DNA from: a virus
Direction: 5' to 3' (one strand)
IMG/VR virus record: IMGVR_UViG_3300021959_007960
Location: 32,001 to 96,000 of that record
Length of the DNA: 64,000 nucleotides
A program made the translations under genes and the position numbers. Positions 49,538-58,743 of the stretch are shown piece after piece. Positions within the stretch are counted from its first letter, which is position 1. Each line of letters starts with the position of its first letter. Below the pieces are notes generated by a model that was given only the letters and a program-made list of their open reading frames with translations, had not been told where the DNA came from and searched no databases.

Positions 49538-50340
49538 CTAAAATCATATCCTTTAATATTATTGTATTCTTCTAATATTTTTATAGCTTGCAACCTAGAG
49601 CAACGTTCCCCATCATTATGTAAAAGATGAGAAACGTCTTCAACTGATCTTAATGTAGAATCTGGTTTACAAAATATTCCATTATGGTAATGGATAAGAA
49701 ATGGAGGTTTTAAATTTTTTAACACCGTTTCATTTGGTACTCTGCTTAATAAAGGATGATAGATAGGCAGCTTAACTAACCTAGCTGTTATCATCAGATC
49801 GCTAAATTTATGAGCAAGTCTTTCATCTGGATGCGTATTTATAATTTTTGCTAAAGTTTTAGGTTCATATCCTCCTGTTTGAACCTCAAAAAAAGTATCT
49901 AATGTTTTTCTACCTCCCCAAGTATTCAATTTACCCACAGACGAACACCCTGACAGTCTAAAATTTTCATCTGGAATGTCATTGTCTGGAACAAATCCAT
50001 AATTTATTACATCATAGTCTGCCCAGTAGATAAAACCATTCTCTTTGGCAAACTTATAGTAAGCTAACCATCTCATATAGCAAGCTCTCGTATACTCGCA
50101 ATCAAAGTCAAGACTATACTTACATAAAATTGATTCTGAGAAATTATCAAATTTTAAATCAGTATAATATTTTTCATCTTTGATATAATCTTCTGTCAAT
50201 ACATGAGCTTTCCATCCGTTGCTCTCCCAGCTTTGTTTCCAGTATTGAATTAATGGAAAACATTGTTCCGTAAATTTTTTTGTACAATGATTGTTTGTTA
50301 GCTCAGTATAAAAACATGCTACTTTATTGGTTTTACTCAT
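49534..50340 (-). CDS. GT-A-like glycosyltransferase
   Basis: W..SW..NGW, CYMRWLAY, ADYDV (DxD), IHYH. Confidence 0.5.
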   Translation of the reverse strand: MSKTNKVACFYTELTNNHCTKKFTEQCFPLIQYWKQSWESNGWKAHVLTEDYIKDEKYYTDLKFDNFSESILCKYSLDFDCEYTRACYMRWLAYYKFAKENGFIYWADYDVINYGFVPDNDIPDENFRLSGCSSVGKLNTWGGRKTLDTFFEVQTGGYEPKTLAKIINTHPDERLAHKFSDLMITARLVKLPIYHPLLSRVPNETVLKNLKPPFLIHYHNGIFCKPDSTLRSVEDVSHLLHNDGERCSRLQAIKILEEYNNIKGYDFR

Positions 50341-51437
50341 AAGAAATTTTTGTCCTGAGTTTCTTCTGGATGATTAATAAAATCTAGTAACTTGTTTGGT
50401 TCACACAACTTACAACACATCTGACATTTTTCTTTATAGTTCAAAGACCTAACATATTTTATAGCCTCTTTCCGTTGTTCTGAGTACCAAATATCTTTAA
50501 ATGAATCTGTATTAATATTGCCAAAAGATAATTTAGGATCATCAGGATGATACGTACAAACTTTGACATCTCCTGCCGCTGTTAGTATTGGTTCAAAAAA
50601 ATGACCTTCACAACTTCTAAATGAAAAGGCTGTACCGTTTTTCAAGTCTCTTCTTTTGTCATCGCTGAGATTAATCTTAGCCATTTGTTTTTGAGGAAGA
50701 TTATCTAGGTAATCCCAAACCTCTAAATTTATCTCTGCTGTACCAGTTTCTTTGTATGCTGTTTCTGCTTCTTTATAAAACCTGGGAAGTATAGGCCTAA
50801 ATTGTAAATAACATATATTATCACTATTATTAACCCAATTCACTAGATCTTTAGCATGTTGAAGAGTGATATTAGGGCCAACATTACAATTAATACCAAT
50901 ATTACAGCTGCCCATTCCATGCATTGTTTCAATATTTTTTTTAATAATTCTGACACCATCTACCTCTTTCCATTCTTTGTATTTGTCTTCATCCAAAGTA
51001 TCAAGAGATATACGAATCCATTGGAAATTTTCTGCAATCAATCTACAGTACTTGTTTTTGAATACGGCATTAGTCATCATTCCTAGTTCTAATCCAGCCT
51101 CTTTTGCTGAAACAACAGCTTCTTCAAAGTCAGGATAAAACGTAGGTTCCCCTTGACCAGCAAATGTTACTGCTTTCCCTCCCATATCAGCAAAATCTAT
51201 AAAATATTGTTTAAGAGCATTTATACTAATATGTAGTCCTGCCTTATTATCTCTTCCCAATTCTGTAATGCACCAATAGCAAGCCATGTTACACTTATCC
51301 GTTAATCCTATCTCCATAAAAATAGGACAATCAGTATCTCCATTAGTTTGATACTGGTGTAATTTATCTAGATGCAATAACATCTTAGCTTGTGTAGCAA
51401 AGGGATTGTCTCCAGAAAATAAAGTATAATTATTCAT
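50337..51437 (-). CDS. Radical SAM / SPASM domain protein
   Basis: CNMACYWC, GQGEP, TNA, C-terminal SC..VKVC..GNINTDSFKDIW..CQMCCKLC. Confidence 0.9.
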   Translation of the reverse strand: MNNYTLFSGDNPFATQAKMLLHLDKLHQYQTNGDTDCPIFMEIGLTDKCNMACYWCITELGRDNKAGLHISINALKQYFIDFADMGGKAVTFAGQGEPTFYPDFEEAVVSAKEAGLELGMMTNAVFKNKYCRLIAENFQWIRISLDTLDEDKYKEWKEVDGVRIIKKNIETMHGMGSCNIGINCNVGPNITLQHAKDLVNWVNNSDNICYLQFRPILPRFYKEAETAYKETGTAEINLEVWDYLDNLPQKQMAKINLSDDKRRDLKNGTAFSFRSCEGHFFEPILTAAGDVKVCTYHPDDPKLSFGNINTDSFKDIWYSEQRKEAIKYVRSLNYKEKCQMCCKLCEPNKLLDFINHPEETQDKNFL

Positions 51438-52266
51438 TATTGCTTTCTATTATTCTGTCTAGACCTGTAAAAATTGATATGGTTGGTTTGAACCCAAGAG
51501 ACTTTAGCTTAGAAATATCTAAATACATATCTTGAACCTGTACTGTTTTATGAAAATCTGGTGGTGCAATAGTAATCAATTTAGATGTAGAACCCGTTTT
51601 AAATTTTACATATTCAATTAGGGGTCTAAATCTTTGTGGTATACCACTCCCTACATTTATTATAGTATTTGTATCAGCTTTGTCAATGCACAAAGTTATA
51701 GCTTTACACACATCTTTTACATGCATAAAATCACGAATATTTGAACCATCATCATATAATTCAACATCTTCATTAGCAATAACCTTTCGAACCATAAACT
51801 GTAAAGCATTTCTTTTTACGGATACATTAGTTGCATTTTCTCCGTAAACATTACACAACCTTAATATTCTATATTTTAAATTAAAAGTTTCACAATAAGA
51901 TTGAATTAATTGCTCTGCTGCATATTTGGTAATAGAATAAAACCCCTTAGGCTTACAAGTACTGTCTTCATTGGCTGGAAAATCAGTATCTCCATAGACA
52001 AACCACGAGCTTATAAAATTAAAGATGTTATTGGGGCATTTTACTTTAAACTCTTTAAGCACAGAAACTAGTTTAGTTAAGTTTACATCAATATCAAGAT
52101 TAACATTTTCAAACACATTATAGTTATGTGTAGTACTAATAAAATATACGGTATCTGTATTAGAAATTGGCTTATTACTTTCTCTAGATATTTTAAATAG
52201 ATCAGAATCAGAAGAACAAAAATGACTTCCTATAAAACCGCTAGATCCAAATATAGATTTTTTCAT
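51430..52266 (-). CDS. NAD-dependent sugar epimerase/dehydratase
   Basis: GSSGFIGS, ISSWFVYG, YSITK, LRLCNVYG, RDFMHVKD. Confidence 0.9.
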   Translation of the reverse strand: MKKSIFGSSGFIGSHFCSSDSDLFKISRESNKPISNTDTVYFISTTHNYNVFENVNLDIDVNLTKLVSVLKEFKVKCPNNIFNFISSWFVYGDTDFPANEDSTCKPKGFYSITKYAAEQLIQSYCETFNLKYRILRLCNVYGENATNVSVKRNALQFMVRKVIANEDVELYDDGSNIRDFMHVKDVCKAITLCIDKADTNTIINVGSGIPQRFRPLIEYVKFKTGSTSKLITIAPPDFHKTVQVQDMYLDISKLKSLGFKPTISIFTGLDRIIESNNE

Positions 52267-53222
52267 AAAGATAAGACCTTTACATCAAAAGGTATATTAT
52301 ATATTTTACTAGGCCACATAATAAAACTAGATCCCCAAGCATAGCAACTAAACGTAATATTTTTTTTACTATTAATAATAAATTTTAAATCTAAAGCAGT
52401 ATCTCTAAGTGCCGTTTTTTTAATAGGATTTTTAAATTCTGTATATTTTAGCAGGCCCGGACTAGGAGATGTATGAACACTATTGCAATGTAAAACATGA
52501 ATATTTTTATGACGAGAGCCTTCTTCTTGTACAAATTTTTTAAAATCATTAGAGTCTGATAGAACAACAGTATTTTTAAAATTATTTTTTTTTGATTCTT
52601 TTTTAATTAGATAGTAGTAATAATCATAGTCGTGTTGAAACTTTTTTAAGTTATAATTATTTTTAACAATTTCATCTGTGTCTTGTAATTTTTGGTCTAT
52701 GTCTTTTAATGTGTGTCGGTCTCCTAATCTAAAATGAACTATACCATAATCTTGAGGAGATAATTTCTTAAATAATTTATTAATTTCTGAACTAAAAATT
52801 ATGCTATCTTTTACCATACTTATACACTTATCAGATACTGCACTATTGCATATATTTTTTGTTCTGTTTTCAGAAAAATCGTTATCTAAAGCAGAATACC
52901 ACGAAGATACTGTTGCTGGCTTAAAAGAAGAGTCTTCAAATATTGTATTTACAATGTCGTTAAGACCTGTTTCTATTCTTTTTTCATGAGGGATATTTAA
53001 TAAAGAATTTCTAAAGTCCTCTGCATCTATTATATATTTAGTATCGTATTTAGGATATTTATGTTGAGAGTAGATGTATTGACTGATAGCATGATTACTC
53101 CAATCCATACCAACATCTAAACCAAATTTAAGACATATTGTTTGGAGATGGCTTGTTCCTTTTATAAAATCTCCTATACCACCACTGAATTTATCGTGGT
53201 AGCAATTAATAATATCAAACAT
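52263..53222 (-). CDS. Fucosyltransferase-like GT-B glycosyltransferase (NodZ/GT11/GT23-like)
   Basis: GGIGDFIKG, VHFRLGD, LSDS, D.....S, WGSSF. Confidence 0.6.
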   Translation of the reverse strand: MFDIINCYHDKFSGGIGDFIKGTSHLQTICLKFGLDVGMDWSNHAISQYIYSQHKYPKYDTKYIIDAEDFRNSLLNIPHEKRIETGLNDIVNTIFEDSSFKPATVSSWYSALDNDFSENRTKNICNSAVSDKCISMVKDSIIFSSEINKLFKKLSPQDYGIVHFRLGDRHTLKDIDQKLQDTDEIVKNNYNLKKFQHDYDYYYYLIKKESKKNNFKNTVVLSDSNDFKKFVQEEGSRHKNIHVLHCNSVHTSPSPGLLKYTEFKNPIKKTALRDTALDLKFIINSKKNITFSCYAWGSSFIMWPSKIYNIPFDVKVLSL

Positions 53223-53240
53223 AAGTCCTTAATTTTCCTA

Positions 53241-53489
53241 TTATCTTTTAGTTAACTTATTATATACTAATAGTGCAACTACTGATCCAGCAATTCCTAA
53301 AATGATACCAGCAGGAGCAACTGCGCTTTCTACGCCAAGTAAATATGCCGCCGCACCACCAGCATATGAACCAGCAACACCCAAGCAAATAGTTTGGAAG
53401 AAACCCATTTTTTCTTCGCCGGGGACAATGCTTTTAGCAATAGAACCTACTGCCACACCATAAACACACCATATTAAAATACTAATCAT
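53241..53489 (-). CDS. GlsB/YeaQ/YmgE (transglycosylase-associated) membrane protein
   Basis: W...G...G.IAK.IVPG....G...TI.LGVAGS..GG; three hydrophobic segments. Confidence 0.88.
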   Translation of the reverse strand: MISILIWCVYGVAVGSIAKSIVPGEEKMGFFQTICLGVAGSYAGGAAAYLLGVESAVAPAGIILGIAGSVVALLVYNKLTKR

Positions 53490-53844
53490 TTGCAGCCTCC
53501 ATTAAAGCCTTTGTTTCAGAAAGTGAAATATTGTTACCCACATTTAAAATGGCCGACTCCAATTCGCCCCTATATTTTATATATTGATCTGTACTCATAA
53601 CTTTTCTCATTTCTCTGCGAAGTCTCCATCTTGCCAGAGCTCTTTGATTACAGAATTTTTTCATATCACTATATATATCTTCGGTAGAACTATTTACCTT
53701 ATTACATTCTTGTATAATGCGTATAGCAGTAAAGCACAAACTAAGTACCATTAATAGTGCTATAACACTACCAAATTTTTCTTCTTCTGGTATATTAGTT
53801 TCTGCTAAAATCTTTTTAGAGATATTTTGTAATTCTGTATTCAT
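53482..53844 (-). CDS. Single-TM membrane protein
   Basis: FGSVIALLMVLSLCFTAIRII hydrophobic stretch followed by a basic region. Confidence 0.65.
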   Translation of the reverse strand: MNTELQNISKKILAETNIPEEEKFGSVIALLMVLSLCFTAIRIIQECNKVNSSTEDIYSDMKKFCNQRALARWRLRREMRKVMSTDQYIKYRGELESAILNVGNNISLSETKALMEAAND

Positions 53845-53857
53845 AATGATATTTATG

Positions 53858-54739
53858 TTATATAGTATTTTTATCTGTGTTAGGATACACCGTTTCTGTT
53901 TTTCTTCGATGTTCTAAATACGATTTAATATTATTTAATAATAGTGAATTGTTTATAGCATATAAGTTATTGTCGTCAATTCGTAAATCTGTAGAAGGGG
54001 CAAAATTATATGCTGTTAGTATATTATTTCTGGATAGGTATTTCCTATTGTGTATAGAGCCGTGGAAAAAATGCTCTATTGAACCTTTAGTATAGCCGAT
54101 ATTGCCCTGTACTTTTGACCAACTATCCCAAGCCCACAGTAAAAATTCTTTACGATATTTAAGGTTTAAATCAATAATATATTGATGATTCCATATACCC
54201 ATCCAAGCCATTAGTTGCAACACATCTCCATTACCTACTGGATCACAATCATATAATTTATTGTTCACTAGAATATCTTTTCTAAAAGCCCAACAAAAAC
54301 CGACATGAGGATATGTTGGCTGTTCATGATCGTGTGCAAGTTTAAATCCTAAGCTAGTATTATTATTGTATTCATTTATTTTTGGAGTTTCAAAGCAGGT
54401 GTCAAACATTTGAACTACAGAATATCTATCTAACTGCTTTAATGTATCCTTAGCGAAATGACGACTATAAAACCTAATGTCTGTATCTATCCAAGCTATA
54501 GCCTGAGCGTTGAGGGGTAATGTTTCTATAGCAAGATTAAGACATCTTTCTTTTTGCCAAAAAATATTATTTGGATTAGATCTAATCTTAATACTATCTT
54601 CAATAAAAAATTGCTGATGAGGTAAAGCTACCTCTATTGTTGTTATAGGGTGTGGAAAGTGTTTTCTAAATTTAATATAATTTTCTTTAATCTTAATAGA
54701 ATCACTAAAATTAAAATAAGAGCAAATAAAATGTAGCAT
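53858..54739 (-). CDS. GT-A fold glycosyltransferase-like protein
   Basis: WQKERCLN, WIDTDI (DxD), GFCWAFR, GNGD, HFFHG. Confidence 0.65.
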   Translation of the reverse strand: MLHFICSYFNFSDSIKIKENYIKFRKHFPHPITTIEVALPHQQFFIEDSIKIRSNPNNIFWQKERCLNLAIETLPLNAQAIAWIDTDIRFYSRHFAKDTLKQLDRYSVVQMFDTCFETPKINEYNNNTSLGFKLAHDHEQPTYPHVGFCWAFRKDILVNNKLYDCDPVGNGDVLQLMAWMGIWNHQYIIDLNLKYRKEFLLWAWDSWSKVQGNIGYTKGSIEHFFHGSIHNRKYLSRNNILTAYNFAPSTDLRIDDNNLYAINNSLLLNNIKSYLEHRRKTETVYPNTDKNTI

Positions 54740-55008
54740 TAGTCTCTGATGATTTTAGTTTTTTGAATACCATTTTCAGGTTCGCAATATCCACAATCCA
54801 CTTTAGCTATACCATCTCCACTAATGTACCATCCCTTACCTTTGCATACAGGACAGTCTTTCCTTTTGTATTTTACAGAAATAGCATCGCTAGTTTTTAG
54901 AACAGCACCGCTAAGGCATACTCCTGCCATAGTGGATATTTTGCTTGTGTCAGTGCTTACTGATACTGTAGAGATTAAAGCTAACGCTATAATAGTTTTA
55001 TGAATCAT
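54739..55008 (-). CDS. Secreted/membrane protein with a DnaJ-type CxxCxGxG zinc finger
   Basis: N-terminal signal-like segment; CPVCKGKG...CGYC. Confidence 0.7.
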   Translation of the reverse strand: MIHKTIIALALISTVSVSTDTSKISTMAGVCLSGAVLKTSDAISVKYKRKDCPVCKGKGWYISGDGIAKVDCGYCEPENGIQKTKIIRD

Positions 55009-55175
55009 TTAAACCACCTATCTAAAATATCTTTTAGGGGTTTTCTTCTTTTAGGTTCTGAAGAGTCGTTAGGTGAAAACATTTTTAAAATAGCCAAAAT
55101 AAAATCAGTAATAATTTTAACAAGTTGATTAATTGCTATTTTATCTAAAAAACCTTTATGTTTATTGTCTGTCAT
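55005..55175 (-). CDS. 56-aa amphipathic/cationic peptide (not in the ORF track)
   Basis: MTDNKHKGFLDKIAINQLVKIITDFILAILKMFSPNDSSEPKRRKPLKDILDRWFK; ATGA overlaps at both ends. Confidence 0.75.
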   Translation of the reverse strand: MTDNKHKGFLDKIAINQLVKIITDFILAILKMFSPNDSSEPKRRKPLKDILDRWFK

Positions 55176-56098
55176 AAGTATTCTCCAAATCCGTAATCGG
55201 GTAATTTTTGAGGAGGAAAACCATTGAAATCACTAAAGGCATAAGCCCCGTTTTGTCTAAGCATCCCTTCTGCTACATCGGCATGTATCAAGAAAGAGCC
55301 GTCTGGAATTGGCCCCCATTCAGGATGCCCACCGGAGTTCCATTTACCCCAGCTGTTTTGTACTAAGAATGCTGGTTCTTTACCAGTATCATCACAAGCT
55401 GTCCATGCCATTGCGTGAGCCCATGACCCACTTTTTCGAGCAAATCCAGTACTACTACGTTTATTGGAAAATCCATAACCACTACACACACTTAAACCAT
55501 AGCCATTAGCTAGAGCATCTCTCGCTTCTTCTACAGTTTTGATTAGCGATACTGTTCTAATTTGGTGATCATCTGCTTTATCTACAACTTTATCGGGAAC
55601 TCCCCTACCTCCCCAATTAGTGCCGATCTTACTATTATATTTACTTAAGTTTATAATTCCTGGGTAGTTTTTTCTGACTAATAATCCTCCAGTTTTACTT
55701 ACAAAAGTTGCGGCCCTAGCACAACTCATACCTTGTCCAGTATGACCTCTTGCTCCATAGATTGCTTCTGTTGCCCCTCTAGCAATCCAACTTTCTTTAT
55801 CTCCCTTAACATCTATTTCTACTGCTCTTGTTAAATCGCATCCGTTACGAGTAGCGTGTGAAACACAATCGCCTGTAGTTTGTCTTTCTACATAGGCATT
55901 CTTATCAAACTTTAGTACTGACATAAACGGAGTTGATAGTTTGCCTTTTCCGCTATTTTTAATTCTTTTAGCACCATCTTTAAAATATGCATACTTAGAC
56001 ATCTCTACTAAATCATCAAAAACATGCTGTTCCCAAAGACATCCGCTAAAACCTTTTCTGTATTCGTTATATAGAGCTTCTGGTGTGAACTTAGACAT
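55172..56098 (-). CDS. Papain-like (C1) cysteine peptidase
   Basis: QTTGDCVSHA (oxyanion Gln, catalytic Cys), WAHAM (His), VQNSWG (Asn). Confidence 0.85.
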   Translation of the reverse strand: MSKFTPEALYNEYRKGFSGCLWEQHVFDDLVEMSKYAYFKDGAKRIKNSGKGKLSTPFMSVLKFDKNAYVERQTTGDCVSHATRNGCDLTRAVEIDVKGDKESWIARGATEAIYGARGHTGQGMSCARAATFVSKTGGLLVRKNYPGIINLSKYNSKIGTNWGGRGVPDKVVDKADDHQIRTVSLIKTVEEARDALANGYGLSVCSGYGFSNKRSSTGFARKSGSWAHAMAWTACDDTGKEPAFLVQNSWGKWNSGGHPEWGPIPDGSFLIHADVAEGMLRQNGAYAFSDFNGFPPQKLPDYGFGEYL

Positions 56099-56593
56099 TT
56101 ACTTTGCTCCCTCTAAACAGCCCCAAGCTAAAGCCTGAAATGCTTCTACAGATTTATTTCTTAATGCTTTGTCTAAAGCAACAGAATCTCCAGAGACATG
56201 CTCTTTCACTAATTTGTCACATGCTTCAGCCAATCCCGGATACTTGCCCCTTAAATCAATACGCAATAGTTGTGCAGCTAATACGTTGGCTTCTTTAATA
56301 GTTTCTGTAGTTTTGATAATAGGCTTGTCATCTAGCGATATTAATTTTGACATATCATTATATAATTGTGCCAATCTATATCCATCTTGTTTTCTATCAT
56401 CATCACCTTGCTTAAATTTATCGGCTACATTTTCTGCTAATGTTTTTAATGTAGAATTTGATGGTTCTGGAATATCTAATTCCTCCACAGGAATCACAGA
56501 TGGAACATTAACTATAGGTAGAGAAATATTGGATCTGTTTAATCCTAAGACAATAAATATAGCAATGATAACAAGCAGTATTTTTTTACTCAT
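56099..56593 (-). CDS. N-terminally anchored exported helical protein
   Basis: MSKKILLVIIAIFIVLG signal/anchor followed by a Pro-rich linker. Confidence 0.7.
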   Translation of the reverse strand: MSKKILLVIIAIFIVLGLNRSNISLPIVNVPSVIPVEELDIPEPSNSTLKTLAENVADKFKQGDDDRKQDGYRLAQLYNDMSKLISLDDKPIIKTTETIKEANVLAAQLLRIDLRGKYPGLAEACDKLVKEHVSGDSVALDKALRNKSVEAFQALAWGCLEGAK

Positions 56594-56936
56594 TTTTATC
56601 TTCTTCCTTTGGAACTAAATATGGAAACATTTGATCTGCTATTTCAACAGCTTTATCGGCTCCATAAATCTCAGCTAAATCTCTTGTTTGTTTCCAACTT
56701 TTGATCAATTCAAAAAAGACATCATCTTGTATAGAGTCTGGGTACTCAACATCCACAGGAATTAAATCAGTCTTATTTTTATTATCTTGCCAAGAGTTGA
56801 AATTATTTTTTAGATTATTTACAATTTTATTTATTTGTTCCTGAAATAATACATATAAGACTACAAGTAATCCTGCATAAAGAACAAGATCAACAGTTGA
56901 TAATCCTGCTCCAAAATTTTCTAACGCTTCTTTCAT
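56586..56936 (-). CDS. Single-TM membrane protein
   Basis: LVLYAGLLVVLYVLF. Confidence 0.7.
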   Translation of the reverse strand: MKEALENFGAGLSTVDLVLYAGLLVVLYVLFQEQINKIVNNLKNNFNSWQDNKNKTDLIPVDVEYPDSIQDDVFFELIKSWKQTRDLAEIYGADKAVEIADQMFPYLVPKEEDKNE

Positions 56937-57382
56937 GTCGTCCTCGCTATCTCTGTTAAGTGGTCTAAAAAGTCATTAATTGGTGCTTCAGTAGTAAGTT
57001 CTGTTGTTTTTATCACATTAAACACACCTACATCTTTAAAAGTAGCAACTAAAGCGTCTATAGCTGAATCTACCAAAATCATTAAAATTTTCTTGATATA
57101 GTCATGAATCAAAGACTCTAATGCACTAGGTAAAAATGGTAGGTCAATATGTTCAAAAATTGCATCATAGAAACTATTAATCAGTTCCATAGCCAGTTTC
57201 TTCTTTTCAGCACCGCCTAAATCCGTAGCTATATTTTCAATTACTTGTATTACTGCTGCTGTTAAAAGTTGCAAAATCTTCCATGCTTCTGCTATTGCAA
57301 AGCTCTTAACTTCACCTAAAGATTTTTTACTGGCTTCAATTAATTTATCAATTTCTGCTCGTACCTGATCAGATGTTGTCAT
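56933..57382 (-). CDS. Helical protein with holin-associated GxEKK motif
   Basis: GGAEKKKLAMELI; amphipathic helices. Confidence 0.55.
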   Translation of the reverse strand: MTTSDQVRAEIDKLIEASKKSLGEVKSFAIAEAWKILQLLTAAVIQVIENIATDLGGAEKKKLAMELINSFYDAIFEHIDLPFLPSALESLIHDYIKKILMILVDSAIDALVATFKDVGVFNVIKTTELTTEAPINDFLDHLTEIARTT

Positions 57383-57846
57383 GATTTTTCCTCTACTGTT
57401 AAATACTTTTCTATATCTCTATAAGTTCGTTCACCTATACCATTTACAGACATAAGATCTGTTACATTTTCAAAAGGGCCATTAGCATCTCTGTGTCTAA
57501 TAATTTTTTGAGCCAGAGAAGTGCCAATATGAGGTAGCTGTATTAGTTCTGCAAGGCTGGCACTATTTATATTAACCTCAGAAATGGTTTTGTCAACCCC
57601 TATATAATTTTCTAATTCAGTGCTGATATTTTGTTCTTCTTGTTCTTTTGCTCTTTTTTTAGACATATAGCGAGCAAATACAGCAACTTGGCCTACAATT
57701 AAAATTATGCTCTCTACGGCGTGAGTGACCACGTATGTTAATTCTTCTTTATCGTAGTCACTAATAACGCCAAGTAAAAATAAACCGCTAATTATAAAAC
57801 TTACTATAGTAAACCAAAATTCAGAAGTTTTATATCTTGAGTTCAT
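57379..57846 (-). CDS. Holin-like two-TM protein fused to a ComEA-type helix-hairpin-helix DNA-binding domain
   Basis: YKTSEFW followed by two TMs; VNINSASLAELIQLPHIG..LAQKII..R...GPF....DL..VNGIG. Confidence 0.85.
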   Translation of the reverse strand: MNSRYKTSEFWFTIVSFIISGLFLLGVISDYDKEELTYVVTHAVESIILIVGQVAVFARYMSKKRAKEQEEQNISTELENYIGVDKTISEVNINSASLAELIQLPHIGTSLAQKIIRHRDANGPFENVTDLMSVNGIGERTYRDIEKYLTVEEKS

Positions 57847-57849
57847 TTA

Positions 57850-58083
57850 TCATGCCCCGCCACCGTCGATACCTGAAGCTGTATTGTAGTATGCAACCTC
57901 GTCTAGTCTATTCGTATATGTGGTTTCAACCGTAGCATGTAAAGGAGTATTTACAACATAAGTATCAATAGTTTGATAGATATTACCAGGAACTTTAGAA
58001 GTCCCAATTACAATAGTACCATGCTTAATAGTGTCTGTGCTTGTGACTGCTGACTGTAAAACATCTGTAGTGCTAACTGCCAT
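57850..58083 (-). CDS. Small Thr/Val-rich hypothetical (possible virion) protein
   Basis: 77 aa, RBS gagg. Confidence 0.55.
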   Translation of the reverse strand: MAVSTTDVLQSAVTSTDTIKHGTIVIGTSKVPGNIYQTIDTYVVNTPLHATVETTYTNRLDEVAYYNTASGIDGGGA

Positions 58084-58122
58084 GATTATGCCTCATATGA
58101 GTAAAGTGTGATATATCAATAT

Positions 58123-58132
58123 ATTATACACC
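58123..58132 (-). promoter_or_regulatory. GGTGTATAAT putative phage promoter
   Basis: Intergenic, about 40 nt upstream of the 58083 start; heads the membrane/peptidase operon. Confidence 0.5.
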
Positions 58133-58140
58133 GTTTTAAA

Positions 58141-58347
58141 CTATTGTGCGTTGCGATCATAAACAACTACTTGTCCAATAGCTATTTTATCTATACTATT
58201 ACCACCTACTTTTAGGTCAGAAACAGCGGTACTACCTATTTTATTAGTGTCTGTAATAGGATCGTCATAAGCCAAACCAGTAACTATCTTCTTAGGGGTT
58301 TCCCCACCGAGTATTCTTTCATACAATTGTCTATTCTGATCAGACAT
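58141..58347 (-). CDS. Small hypothetical protein
   Basis: 68-aa coupled ORF. Confidence 0.55.
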   Translation of the reverse strand: MSDQNRQLYERILGGETPKKIVTGLAYDDPITDTNKIGSTAVSDLKVGGNSIDKIAIGQVVVYDRNAQ

Positions 58348-58348
58348 A

Positions 58349-58738
58349 TTATGTTCCTGTTACGAAATATACTGTTGAAGGATGCTTTGATCCTAAAGCT
58401 GAATAATCACCAGAACTAATACTAACTATATTAGTAACAATATTACCTCCACCGGCAACTCCTGTGTTACTTAGTAGTTCAGCATTAATGGTTACAGCAC
58501 CTGTTGTGCCACCACCACTTAATCCACTACCAGCAGTTACAGCAGTAATATCTCCAGCACCACCACCCCCAGCAATTAGTCCACTTAAAGAAGAAAAAGA
58601 ATCAGATCCGTTTCCTATTTTTAAGGTTTCTGTATCGGTAGCATACGCTGGTTCTCCGCTAGATAATACTTTACTAGCTAAATTTGATGCTGTATCTCTT
58701 CTTAATTGTATTTTTACCTTGCCATATTCATAAGCCAT
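58349..58738 (-). CDS. Mini tail-fibre/decoration-like protein (Mtd_N/hyaluronidase-N-like N-terminus)
   Basis: IQLRRDTA...GEPAYATDTETLKIGNG; GDITAVTAGSGLSGGG; C-terminal DYSALGSK..TVYFV. Confidence 0.75.
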   Translation of the reverse strand: MAYEYGKVKIQLRRDTASNLASKVLSSGEPAYATDTETLKIGNGSDSFSSLSGLIAGGGGAGDITAVTAGSGLSGGGTTGAVTINAELLSNTGVAGGGNIVTNIVSISSGDYSALGSKHPSTVYFVTGT

Positions 58739-58743
58739 AATAG

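Noticed and set aside
58349-58738. Diversity-generating retroelement target (Mtd-like)
   Set aside because: Only the N-terminal domain resembles Mtd. No reverse transcriptase or TR/VR repeat pair was seen in the window.
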